Shown here: positions 28,835-37,675 of the stretch, piece after piece
Layout: each line of letters opens with the position of its first letter
Position numbering within the stretch: position 1 is the first letter of the stretch
NCBI RefSeq assembly: GCF_014859505.1
Contig: NZ_JACUUD010000002.1
Span: 4,166 to 68,165 of the forward strand
Direction: 5' to 3'
Length of the DNA: 64,000 nt
Source: Halomonas sp.
GTDB taxonomy: Bacteria > Pseudomonadota > Gammaproteobacteria > Pseudomonadales > Halomonadaceae
Translations under genes and position numbers: made by a program
Notes under the pieces: model-generated
The model's database searches: none
What the model was told of the DNA's origin: nothing
Seen by the model: only the letters and a program-made list of their open reading frames with translations

Positions 28835-28971
28835 CAAGGACCCTCGCTGGCGAAAGGGGCTGGCGGCAGAGGTCGACAACACGCCGACACCGAGATGGCG
28901 TCGCGTTGTCGATTAACCTTTAGACTGTGACGCCAACGCCAATGTCTCACCAATCTAGAGCGAGCCTGACC

Positions 28972-31320
28972 ATGCAGCAACCGCAGCAGCCCCAGGGGTT
29001 ACAAGTGTTACGGGATATCGTGCTGGTCGGCGGCGGCCACACCCACGTCGGCGTCCTCAAGCGTTTTGCCATGCGCCCGGAGCCCGGCGTCAGGCTCACC
29101 ATGATCTGCCGCGACACCCATACCCCCTACTCGGGCATGCTGCCGGGCTATGTGGCCGGGCACTACACCTACGATGACGTGCATATCGACCTGCGCCGCC
29201 TGGCGGAGTACGCCGGGGCACGCTTCTTCCGCGACGAGGCCATCGGCATCGACCACGATGCGCAGACCATCCACTGCCGCTCGCGCCCGCCGGTGCCCTA
29301 TGACTGGCTGTCGATCAATATCGGCTCGACACCCAGCATGAATTCGGTCAGCGGTGCCGGCGAGCATGCGGTGCCGGTCAAGCCTATCCATCAGTTCAAC
29401 GACCGCTGGCAGAGGCTGCTCGAGCGTCTCACGCACCCACACGCCGGGCAGCACCCGGGCCAGACCCGCATCGCGGTCGTCGGCGGCGGCGCCGGCGGCG
29501 TCGAGCTGCTGCTGGCCATGCAGCACCGGCTGGGCAACGAACTCGGCGCCCAGGCCCGCGACCCGAATGAGCTGCGCTTCTCCCTGTTCACCCGTGGCGC
29601 GCAGATCCTGCCGACTCACAACGCACGGGTACGCGCCCACTTCCAGGCCACCCTCAGGCAGCGCGGCGTCGAGGTGCACACTGCCACCGACGTGGTCGAT
29701 GTCGAGGCGGGCCGTCTGCAGACCGCCGACGGCAACTGGCATGCCGCCGACGAGATCATCTGGGTCACCAATGCCGGCGGGGCCGCCTGGCTGCGCGATA
29801 CCCGCCTGGCACTCGACGACGACGGCTTCATCCGGGTCGGCGACACCCTTCAGTCGCTCTCCGATCCGCGCATCTTCGCCGCTGGCGATATTGCCAGCCA
29901 GGTCGACCATCCCCGCGAGAAGGCCGGGGTCTTCGCCGTGCGCCAGGGACGTCCGCTGGCAGACAACCTGCGTGCCGCGGTGACCGGCAAGCCCCTGAAA
30001 CCCTACCGCCCCCAGGCGCGGTGGCTGGCCCTGATCAGCACCGGCGACCGCCATGCCGTGGCGTCACGCGGGGGGCTCTTTCTCGCGGGAGACTGGGTGT
30101 GGCGCTGGAAGGACGGCATCGACCGGCGTTTCATGGCCCGATTCACAACCCGGCTCAACGACCTGCCGCCGATGGAGCACGGCGCCATGCAGGCGCCCCG
30201 GCCCAGCAAGGTAGTCCTCGACGAGGAGGAGAACGCCCAGGCAATCTCGGCCATCGCCATGCGCTGCGGCGGCTGTGGCGCCAAGGTCGGCGCCTCGGTG
30301 CTCTCTCGTGCCCTCTCGACCCTGCAGCCGGTGGACCGGGACGAGGTGCTGGTGGGCCTGCACGCCCCGGACGATGCCGCCGTGGTGCGGGTGCCGCCGG
30401 GCAAGGCCATGGTGCATACCGTCGACTTCTTCCGCGCCTTCATCGACGACCCCTATGTGTTCGGCAAGGTCGCCGCCAACCACGCCCTGGGCGACATCTT
30501 CGCCATGGGGGCCGAGGCGCAGACCGCCACCGCGATCGCCACGGTCCCCCAGGGGCTCGAGGCCAAGGTCGAGGACACCGTCTTCCAGATGATGACCGGC
30601 GCCCTCGAGGTGCTCAATGCCGCCGACTGCGCCCTGGTCGGCGGCCACACCGGCGAGGGGGCCGAGCTGGCCCTGGGCTTCGCCGTCAACGGCCTGATCG
30701 ACGCCGAGGGCGACGGTATCCGGAACGACGGTATCCTGACGAAAGGCGGCCTGCGCGCGGGGCAGGTGCTGATCCTGACCAAGCCCATCGGCACCGGCAC
30801 CCTGTTCGCCGCCCATGCCCGGCTGGGTGCCCGGGGTCGCTGGATCGACGCCGCCCTCGACAGCATGTGCCAGTCCAGCCGCGAGGCCGCGGCCTGCCTG
30901 CGCGAGTACGGCGCCACCGCCTGTACCGACCTCACCGGCTTCGGCCTGCTGGGCCATCTGGTGGAGATGACGCGCCCCTCGGAAGTGGATGCCGAACTCG
31001 ACCTGGCCGCGCTGCCGCTGCTCGAGGGCGCCGAGGAGACCGTCGCCGCCGGGATCCTGAGCTCGCTGCAGCCCGCCAACGTGCGCCTGCGCCGGGCCAT
31101 CCGCGACCAGGCGGCCTGGGTCGAGCACCCCCGCTATCCGCTGCTGTTCGATCCCCAGACCGCCGGCGGCCTGCTGGCCAGCGTGCCCGCCGAGCGCGCC
31201 GACGCCTGCCTCGCGGCCCTGCACGCCCTGGGGTACGCCAGGGCCGCCGTCATCGGCCGCGTCCTCGAGCCCAGCGACTCGCTGGAACCCATCCATCTGA
31301 CGGATGGCGCTAAGACGTGA
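28972..31320 (+). CDS. selD: Pyridine nucleotide-disulfide oxidoreductase domain fused to selenophosphate synthetase (SelD/SenC)
   Basis: N-terminal VLVGGGHTH, YSGMLPG, VVGGGAGGVE, IFAAGD; C-terminal CGGCGAKVG, DDAAV, VDFF, GGHT, DLTGFGLLGHL, FDPQTAGGLL. Confidence 0.92.
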   Translation: MQQPQQPQGLQVLRDIVLVGGGHTHVGVLKRFAMRPEPGVRLTMICRDTHTPYSGMLPGYVAGHYTYDDVHIDLRRLAEYAGARFFRDEAIGIDHDAQTIHCRSRPPVPYDWLSINIGSTPSMNSVSGAGEHAVPVKPIHQFNDRWQRLLERLTHPHAGQHPGQTRIAVVGGGAGGVELLLAMQHRLGNELGAQARDPNELRFSLFTRGAQILPTHNARVRAHFQATLRQRGVEVHTATDVVDVEAGRLQTADGNWHAADEIIWVTNAGGAAWLRDTRLALDDDGFIRVGDTLQSLSDPRIFAAGDIASQVDHPREKAGVFAVRQGRPLADNLRAAVTGKPLKPYRPQARWLALISTGDRHAVASRGGLFLAGDWVWRWKDGIDRRFMARFTTRLNDLPPMEHGAMQAPRPSKVVLDEEENAQAISAIAMRCGGCGAKVGASVLSRALSTLQPVDRDEVLVGLHAPDDAAVVRVPPGKAMVHTVDFFRAFIDDPYVFGKVAANHALGDIFAMGAEAQTATAIATVPQGLEAKVEDTVFQMMTGALEVLNAADCALVGGHTGEGAELALGFAVNGLIDAEGDGIRNDGILTKGGLRAGQVLILTKPIGTGTLFAAHARLGARGRWIDAALDSMCQSSREAAACLREYGATACTDLTGFGLLGHLVEMTRPSEVDAELDLAALPLLEGAEETVAAGILSSLQPANVRLRRAIRDQAAWVEHPRYPLLFDPQTAGGLLASVPAERADACLAALHALGYARAAVIGRVLEPSDSLEPIHLTDGAKT

Positions 31321-32305
31321 GGCCGCAGGCGGCAATGACCCGCGCCAGCCCCGCCCGTTCGGCCTCGGGACGGAACCTCGGCGCCCGCGCCAGCACCTGC
31401 CGGCGGAGACGATCGACGAACGCCGGCTCGGCCTCGGCCTGCAGCAGCCGTTCCCGCAGGGCCGCGGTATCGGCCACCGGGAAGTAGCCGGCGTAGTCCT
31501 CGCCCAGCAGGCCGCGGTTACCGGGGATCGCCGAGGCCAGCACCGGCAGGCCGGCCACGCAGGCCTCGCTGACCACATTGGCGCCTCCTTCCATGCGCGA
31601 GCTGATCACCATCAGCCGTGCCCGGGCCATCCACTGGCGCACCCGCCAGCGAGGCAGGTCGTCGAGCCAGCGGTAACGCCCGTTGCACGCCATCTCCTCG
31701 CGGGCGGCCTCGGCCCACTCCGGGCTATGGGCGCCGCCGAGCTGCACCACGCACAATCGCGACGTCGATGGCAGCTCGCGCACGGCCAGGGCCGCGCGCA
31801 GCGAGTCCTTCTCCTCGCGCAGGTGGCCGGCGACCAGCACCTCGAAGCGGCGACGGATGGGCCCCGGGGCACGGAGCGGCAGGGGGAGGGCCGACTGGTG
31901 GACGACATGCAGACGCGACAGGAAGCGCGCCGGGAGGTCCTCGGCCAGGCAATCATGCAGGCCGATCAGGGCATCGCTCGCGGCGAGGCTGTCGAGGAAC
32001 GGCTCGGGATGGCTGTACTGGAAGCGGTAGACGTCGGTCCCGGTCAGCACCACCACCAGCGGGCACGCCGGAAAGGCAGCGCGACAGGCACGAATGGCCG
32101 CATGGCTGCGCACCGCATGGAGCGCCAGCACCAGGTCCGGTGGCTGGCCGGCAAGGCGGCAGGCATCGGGGCCGTCCTCGGACCCCACCAGGCGGACACG
32201 GCAGCCCAGCTCTCGCAGCAGCCCCGCCCAGCGGGTCGCCGTGGCCCGATTGCCGGCATGCGACCCTCGACCCGCCGGCGTGATCAGGGCTATGTTCAAT
32301 GCCAT
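31310..32305 (-). CDS. senB: Selenosugar synthase glycosyltransferase
   Basis: ITPA...GNRATATRWA, LHAVRS, VLTGTDVY, GHLREEKD, SSRMEGGANV.SEA; neighbours selD and an EgtB-like gene. ATG 32305 after GGAGG. Confidence 0.88.
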   Translation of the reverse strand: MALNIALITPAGRGSHAGNRATATRWAGLLRELGCRVRLVGSEDGPDACRLAGQPPDLVLALHAVRSHAAIRACRAAFPACPLVVVLTGTDVYRFQYSHPEPFLDSLAASDALIGLHDCLAEDLPARFLSRLHVVHQSALPLPLRAPGPIRRRFEVLVAGHLREEKDSLRAALAVRELPSTSRLCVVQLGGAHSPEWAEAAREEMACNGRYRWLDDLPRWRVRQWMARARLMVISSRMEGGANVVSEACVAGLPVLASAIPGNRGLLGEDYAGYFPVADTAALRERLLQAEAEPAFVDRLRRQVLARAPRFRPEAERAGLARVIAACGLTS

Positions 32306-32337
32306 GGTACCTCCAGCACTTCCCTTGCGAGGACGGC

Positions 32338-33699
32338 ATGCTCCCCACACCTTTCACCACACCGCCTACCCCGCCCCGTGCCGCCGACGAATTGGCGTCG
32401 ATGCTCACCGATGCCCGCGAGCGCAGCCTGGCGCTGATGCGGGACACCCTCGCGTCCCGCGAACTCGGCCCGCGGCTGGCGATCGTCAATCCCCCGCTGT
32501 GGGAACTCGGCCACCTGGGCTACTTCCACGACCATTTCGCCCTGCGCGGCCTGTATGGCCTGCCCGACTACCGGCTCGCCGGCGCCGATCGACTGTTCGA
32601 TTCCAGCAGCATCGCCCATGACGACCGTTGGTCGCTACCGCTGCCGTCGCGCGAGGCCACCCTGGACTACCTGGCACGGGTGCAGGAGGCCATGCTCGAG
32701 CGCCTTCCCGACGGCGAGGCCAGTGCTGCCCAGAGCTATGTCTACCAGCTCACCACGCTGCACGAGGACATGCACGGCGAGGCCTTCCTCTACACCCGCC
32801 AGACCCTGGGCGACCCGCCGCCCGCGCTGGGCATGCCAACGCGGGGGGGCTGCCTGACAGAGTCCGCCACCGAGCTCCTCGCCGGGGCCCTGCCCGGGGA
32901 TGTCGACATCCCCGGCGGGTGCCATCAACTGGGCTCCGACGAGACCGTTCCCTTCCGCTTCGACAATGAGAAGCCCCCCATGGAGGTCGAGGTGGCGCCC
33001 TTCTCGATCGCCCGGGCGCCGGTGACCAACACCGAATTCGCCGACTTCGTCGACGACGGCGGCTATGCACGATGCGAGCTGTGGAGCGAGGCCGGCTGGC
33101 GCTGGCGCGGGCAACAGGGCCTGCAGGCACCGGTCTACTGGCGCAAGGGCGACGACGGCTGCTGGGAGGAGCGCCGCTTCGACCGCTGGTTGCCGCTGCC
33201 CCCCCACCAGCCGGTGGTGCATGTCAGCTGGTTCGAGGCCGACGCCTGGTGCCGCTGGGCCGGGCGCCGCCTGCCCAGCGAAGCCGAGTGGGAGGTCGCC
33301 GCCAGCCGGGAGCCAAGCTCAGACGGCCGCTCCCTGGCACCGGGCAAGCGCCTCTTCCCCTGGGGCGACACGCCACCGGTTGCCCGGCTGGCCAACCTGG
33401 ACGGCTGGCGCCTGGCACCGCTGGACGTGGCATCACTGCCCGAGGGCGACAGCGCCTTCGGCTGCCGCCAGATGCTGGGCAACGTCTGGGAATGGACGGC
33501 CTCACCCTTCGGCCCCTTCCCGGGCTTCGCGCCCGAGCTCTACCGCGACTACTCGGCGCCCTGGTTCAAGGAGGGCCGCTACGTACTGCGTGGCGGTGCC
33601 TGGGCCACGCGGTCACGGCTGATCCACAACGGCTACCGTAACTTCTTTACCCCGGAGCGCCGGGATATCCTCGCCGGTTTCCGTACCTGCGCCCCCTGA
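32338..33699 (+). CDS. senA: Selenoneine synthase (EgtB-like DinB + FGE-sulfatase domains)
   Basis: NPPLWELGH, Fe-binding HEDMH, YWR, PVVHVSWFEA, RLPSEAEWE, GNVWEW, LRGG, YRNFF; context. Confidence 0.87.
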   Translation: MLPTPFTTPPTPPRAADELASMLTDARERSLALMRDTLASRELGPRLAIVNPPLWELGHLGYFHDHFALRGLYGLPDYRLAGADRLFDSSSIAHDDRWSLPLPSREATLDYLARVQEAMLERLPDGEASAAQSYVYQLTTLHEDMHGEAFLYTRQTLGDPPPALGMPTRGGCLTESATELLAGALPGDVDIPGGCHQLGSDETVPFRFDNEKPPMEVEVAPFSIARAPVTNTEFADFVDDGGYARCELWSEAGWRWRGQQGLQAPVYWRKGDDGCWEERRFDRWLPLPPHQPVVHVSWFEADAWCRWAGRRLPSEAEWEVAASREPSSDGRSLAPGKRLFPWGDTPPVARLANLDGWRLAPLDVASLPEGDSAFGCRQMLGNVWEWTASPFGPFPGFAPELYRDYSAPWFKEGRYVLRGGAWATRSRLIHNGYRNFFTPERRDILAGFRTCAP

Positions 33700-33777
33700 C
33701 ACGAAACCGTTCGCCCGATTGGGTATCATTACCTGTTCTCGCCGCCCCAGGTTTCTCACACCGAAAGGACTCCCGAC

Positions 33778-34650
33778 ATGTTCCGATGCCCGCCGCTGGC
33801 CCTGGTCCTGCTCCTCGGCACTCTCGTCACCCCTGCCGTGGCGGCCGCCGCCCCCCTGGTCTTCACCGCCATTCCCGACGAGGACGAAACGCGCCTGCAG
33901 CAGCGCTTCCAGTCCGTGGCCGACTACCTCGCCGAGACACTCGACGTCGAGGTGCGCTTCATTCCGGTTACCTCCTATGCCGCCTCGGTCACCGCCTTTC
34001 GCAACAACCAGGTGCAGCTGGCCTGGTTCGGCGGCTTCACCGGCGTGCAGGCACGCCAGCTGGTGCCGGGCTCCCGCGCCATCGCCCAGGGAGTGGAAGA
34101 CCCCGACTACAAGAGCTACTTCATCGCCAACCAGGCCACCGGCCTCGCGCCCCACGACGGTGACAGCGCCCCCGAGGGGCTGCGCGGCCTGACCTTCAGC
34201 TTCGGCTCCCGGAGCTCGACCTCGGGCAGGCTGCTGCCGGAATACTTCCTGCGCGAGCACCTCGGCGCCTCGCCCGACGAGCTGTTCGCCCGGGTCGGCT
34301 TCAGCGGCAACCACAGCCGAACCATCTCGGTGGTGCAGTCCGGCGCCTACCAGGCCGGCGTGGTCAGCTACAAGGCGTGGGAGAACGAACTCGAGGCAGG
34401 CAACATCGACCTCGACCAGGTCCAGGTGATCTGGGAGACGCCGCCCTACCCCGACTATCAATGGACGGTGCGTGGCGATGTCGACGAGCGCTTCGGAAAG
34501 GGCTTCACCGAGCGCCTTCAGCAGGCGCTGCTCGACATGGACGACCCCGACCTGCTGGCCAGCTTCCCCCGCTCGGGCTTCATCCCGGCCGATAACGACG
34601 ATTACCGGGAAATCCTCGAGGTTGCGCAGTCCCTGGGGCTGCTCGACTGA
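33778..34650 (+). CDS. PhnD-like binding protein of the 'putative selenate ABC transporter' type
   Basis: FTAIPDEDET, QLAWFGGFTGVQA, FGSRSSTSGRLLPEY, FSGNHS, TPPYPDYQW. Confidence 0.8.
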   Translation: MFRCPPLALVLLLGTLVTPAVAAAAPLVFTAIPDEDETRLQQRFQSVADYLAETLDVEVRFIPVTSYAASVTAFRNNQVQLAWFGGFTGVQARQLVPGSRAIAQGVEDPDYKSYFIANQATGLAPHDGDSAPEGLRGLTFSFGSRSSTSGRLLPEYFLREHLGASPDELFARVGFSGNHSRTISVVQSGAYQAGVVSYKAWENELEAGNIDLDQVQVIWETPPYPDYQWTVRGDVDERFGKGFTERLQQALLDMDDPDLLASFPRSGFIPADNDDYREILEVAQSLGLLD

Positions 34651-35303
34651 TGACCGTGCTGGCGCTGAAGGATGCCGTCGCCACCTATGGCGAGGTGCGC
34701 GTGCTCGGGCCCCTGAGCCTGACGCTGGCACCCGGCGAACGTGTGGCGCTGGTCGGTCGCAGCGGCGCCGGGAAGTCGACGCTGCTGTCGGTGATGTACG
34801 ACCGCTGGCGCGACCAGGGAGCCGCCCTGATGCCCCAGGACCTGGGGCTCGTGTCGACACTCTCGGTGTTCCACAACGTCTACATGGGCCGGCTCGACCG
34901 CCACCCCTGGTGGCGCAACCTGCTGACCCTGGTGCGCCCGCGGCGACGTGACGTGGCGGAGATCGACGCCCTGCTCGGCCGGCTCGGCCTGGACGACAAG
35001 CGCTGGACACCCTGCGGCGAACTCTCCGGCGGGCAGCGGCAGCGCGTTGCCGCGGCGCGGGTTATCCACCAGGGCGGCGGCATGCTGCTCGCCGATGAGC
35101 CGGTCTCGGCACTCGATGGTCCCCTCTCCGAGGTGGTCCTGACCGCGCTGACCGACGCCTACCCCACCGCGGTACTGGCCATGCACGATGTGGAACTGGC
35201 GCTGCGCTACTGCACCCGGGTGATCGGCATCCAGGATGGCGCCATCGCCATCGACCAGCCCAGCCAGAGGCTGGCCGCCACTGACCTGCTGCCGCTCTAC
35301 TGA
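34650..35303 (+). CDS. ABC ATP-binding protein (PhnC-like)
   Basis: GRSGAGKS, LSGGQRQR, LLADEP, AMHD. Confidence 0.88.
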   Translation: MTVLALKDAVATYGEVRVLGPLSLTLAPGERVALVGRSGAGKSTLLSVMYDRWRDQGAALMPQDLGLVSTLSVFHNVYMGRLDRHPWWRNLLTLVRPRRRDVAEIDALLGRLGLDDKRWTPCGELSGGQRQRVAAARVIHQGGGMLLADEPVSALDGPLSEVVLTALTDAYPTAVLAMHDVELALRYCTRVIGIQDGAIAIDQPSQRLAATDLLPLY

Positions 35304-36790
35304 TGCCGTTGACCGCCACCCGTCGCGTCACCCTGGGGCTGATCCTTGCGGCCGCGGTGTGCCTGCTGTTCGGCGATTTCGAGATCAGTACCCATGACCC
35401 CTGGCAGGCACTGGGCCGCCTGTTCATGGGGCTGGTCCAGCCCGACTTCTCCCGCGTCGACTTCCTCGGCGAGGCCCTGCTGCGAACCGTGGCCTTTGCC
35501 TTCGTCGGCGTGGGGCTCGGCTCGGCGGCGGGCATGCTGCTGGCCCTGCTCTTCCGGCATGCCTGGGTGCGTACCTTCTGCGCCTTCATCCGCGCCATCC
35601 ATGAGCTGTTCTGGGCGCTGATCTTCCTGCAGAGCTTCGGCCTGCACCCGATCACCGGGGTGCTGGCCATCGCCATTCCCTACGCCGGCACCTTCGCCAA
35701 GGTCTATGCCGAGATCCTCGACGAGTGCGACCCGCAGCCGGAACGCAGCCTGCCACAGCGCGCCGGGCGGCTATCGGCGCTGGTCTATACCCGCATCAGC
35801 CAGGCCTGGCCACACCTGGTCAGCTATACCGCCTATCGACTCGAATGCGGCCTGCGCTCGAGCGCGGTGATCGGCTTCGTCGGCATGCCGACCCTGGGGT
35901 TTCATCTGGCAGGCGCCTTCGCCCAGGGCCACTACAGCACGGTTGGCGCACTGCTGCTGCTCTTCTACGCCCTGATCGCCTCCCTGCGGCTCTGGGCGCG
36001 GCCACGGCTGCTGCCCCTCTACCTGGCGGCCTCCCCCTTCCTGCTGGGTACCGGGCTACCGATCATGTGGAGCAATGTCTCGCGCTTCTTCACCGAGGAC
36101 ATCGTGCCGGCCCCGCTGCGCAACGGCGAGGGCCTGGCGGGCCTCTGGCCCTGGTTCGGCGACCTCCTGCTCGGCCAGGCCCTGCCCGGCATCTGGAACA
36201 CCCTGCTGCTGACCCAGATCGCCCTGGTGCTGACGGGCATCCTGGCGATGACGCTGTTTCCCCTGATCTCCCATCATTTCACGGGGCGCCACCTCACCGG
36301 CCGAGTGCGCGGCGCCATGGGACATGGGGTGCTGGTGGTGATGCGCTCCACCCCCGAGTACCTGCTGGCCTTCATCCTGCTGCAGCTGTGGGGGCCCTCG
36401 ATGCTGCCGGCGGTGGTCGCCCTGGCGCTGCACAACGGCGGCATCATCGGCCACCTGGTCGGACGCCGCAGCAACGAGATCCACCTGCGCCAGGACGCCC
36501 CGGGCGGCATCAACCGCTACGCCTACGAGGTGGCACCGCGGGTCTACGGTCCCTTCCTGGCGCTGCTCTTCTACCGCTGGGAGATCATCATGCGCGAGAC
36601 GGCGATATTGGGGATTCTCGGGATCGCCACCCTGGGCTTCTACGTCGACAGCGCCATCCAGGAGCTGCGCTTCGACCGCGCCATGGTGCTCATCCTGATC
36701 ACCGCGCTGCTCAATATCGCGGTGGACATCCTGGCTCGCCGGCTGCGCGCCCACCTGCGCCTGAGCCACACCGCCCGGAGCGAGCCCTGA
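35303..36790 (+). CDS. ABC permease with two tandem PhnE-like domains
   Basis: IRAIHELFWA...LECGLRSSAVIGFVG, then MRSTPEY...WEIIMRETAILGILG; 495 aa. Confidence 0.85.
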   Translation: MPLTATRRVTLGLILAAAVCLLFGDFEISTHDPWQALGRLFMGLVQPDFSRVDFLGEALLRTVAFAFVGVGLGSAAGMLLALLFRHAWVRTFCAFIRAIHELFWALIFLQSFGLHPITGVLAIAIPYAGTFAKVYAEILDECDPQPERSLPQRAGRLSALVYTRISQAWPHLVSYTAYRLECGLRSSAVIGFVGMPTLGFHLAGAFAQGHYSTVGALLLLFYALIASLRLWARPRLLPLYLAASPFLLGTGLPIMWSNVSRFFTEDIVPAPLRNGEGLAGLWPWFGDLLLGQALPGIWNTLLLTQIALVLTGILAMTLFPLISHHFTGRHLTGRVRGAMGHGVLVVMRSTPEYLLAFILLQLWGPSMLPAVVALALHNGGIIGHLVGRRSNEIHLRQDAPGGINRYAYEVAPRVYGPFLALLFYRWEIIMRETAILGILGIATLGFYVDSAIQELRFDRAMVLILITALLNIAVDILARRLRAHLRLSHTARSEP

Positions 36791-36809
36791 TCGCCCCCGG
36801 GACAGGCAC

Positions 36810-36837
36810 GCGCCCCCGCCGATACCGGCGGGGGCGC
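36810..36837. terminator. Hairpin between the ABC operon and frdB
   Basis: GCGCCCCCGCCG-ATAC-CGGCGGGGGCGC. Confidence 0.65.
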
Positions 36838-36895
36838 TGTTGCCTCCCAATCAGCCGCGAGCAGGCTCAGTCGAAGGCCTCCCGGGCCATATCGC

Positions 36896-37675
36896 TTATC
36901 CCGTGGCGATCATTCGCCGCCGCAGGAAGGCGATCTGGGTCTGCAGGGTGAGGTCCTTGGGACAGACATCCTGGCAGCCGAGCAGGGTCATGCAGCCAAA
37001 CACCCCGTCGTCGTCGCCGATGAGTTCGTAATAGTCCGCATCGGTGCGATCGTCACGGGGGTCCAGGCGGAAGCGGGCGATCTTGTTGAGCCCCACGGCG
37101 CCGACGAAATCCTCGCGCATCAGGGCGGTCCCGCAGGCGGCCACGCAGCAGCCGCACTCGATGCAGCGGTCGAGCTCGTAGATTTCCTCGGCAAGCGATG
37201 GCTCCATCCGTTCCTCGAGGCGATCCGGATCGATCTCTTGCTGGCCATGGACCCAGGTCTCCAGGCGTTCGCTCATGCCTCGCATCCACTGGCCGGTATC
37301 CACCGACAGATCGCCGATCAGCTTGAACGCCGGCAGCGGGGCCAGGGTGATCTCCTCGCCGAGGGTCTGGGTCAGGGTCCGGCAGGCCAGACCGGGGCGC
37401 CCGTCGATCAGCATGCCGCAGCTGCCGCAGATGCCCGCCCGGCAGACGAAATCGAACTGCAGGGAGGGCGCGTACTCATCGCGAATGGCATTCAGGGCGA
37501 TGAAGAGCGTCATTCCCGGCGTCTCATCCAGTTCGAAGGTCGCCATGTGGGGATGGCTATCCGGGTCCCGGGGATTGTGGCGCAGGATCTTGAACGTCAA
37601 TCGACGCCCTGATGCCACCCGGGATGAATGAGAGGTCGAAAGAGAGGTGGAATCCACTGGGGAATCAGTGCTCAT
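36896..37675 (-). CDS. frdB: Fumarate reductase/succinate dehydrogenase Fe-S subunit
   Basis: [12 protein letters not shown]...[27 protein letters not shown]. Confidence 0.92.
   Translation of the reverse strand: MSTDSPVDSTSLSTSHSSRVASGRRLTFKILRHNPRDPDSHPHMATFELDETPGMTLFIALNAIRDEYAPSLQFDFVCRAGICGSCGMLIDGRPGLACRTLTQTLGEEITLAPLPAFKLIGDLSVDTGQWMRGMSERLETWVHGQQEIDPDRLEERMEPSLAEEIYELDRCIECGCCVAACGTALMREDFVGAVGLNKIARFRLDPRDDRTDADYYELIGDDDGVFGCMTLLGCQDVCPKDLTLQTQIAFLRRRMIATG

Noticed and set aside
30259-30290. Possible selenocysteine (UGA) in SelD or recoding in TtrA
   Set aside because: The SelD motif is encoded TGC-GGC-GGC-TGT (Cys), and TtrA is one uninterrupted ORF. There is no in-frame TGA to recode.
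32338-33699. Calling the EgtB-like gene ergothioneine synthase egtB or ovothiol synthase ovoA
   Set aside because: Its neighbours are senB and selD, it has HEDMH, and it lacks a C-terminal methyltransferase domain. These fit SenA better.
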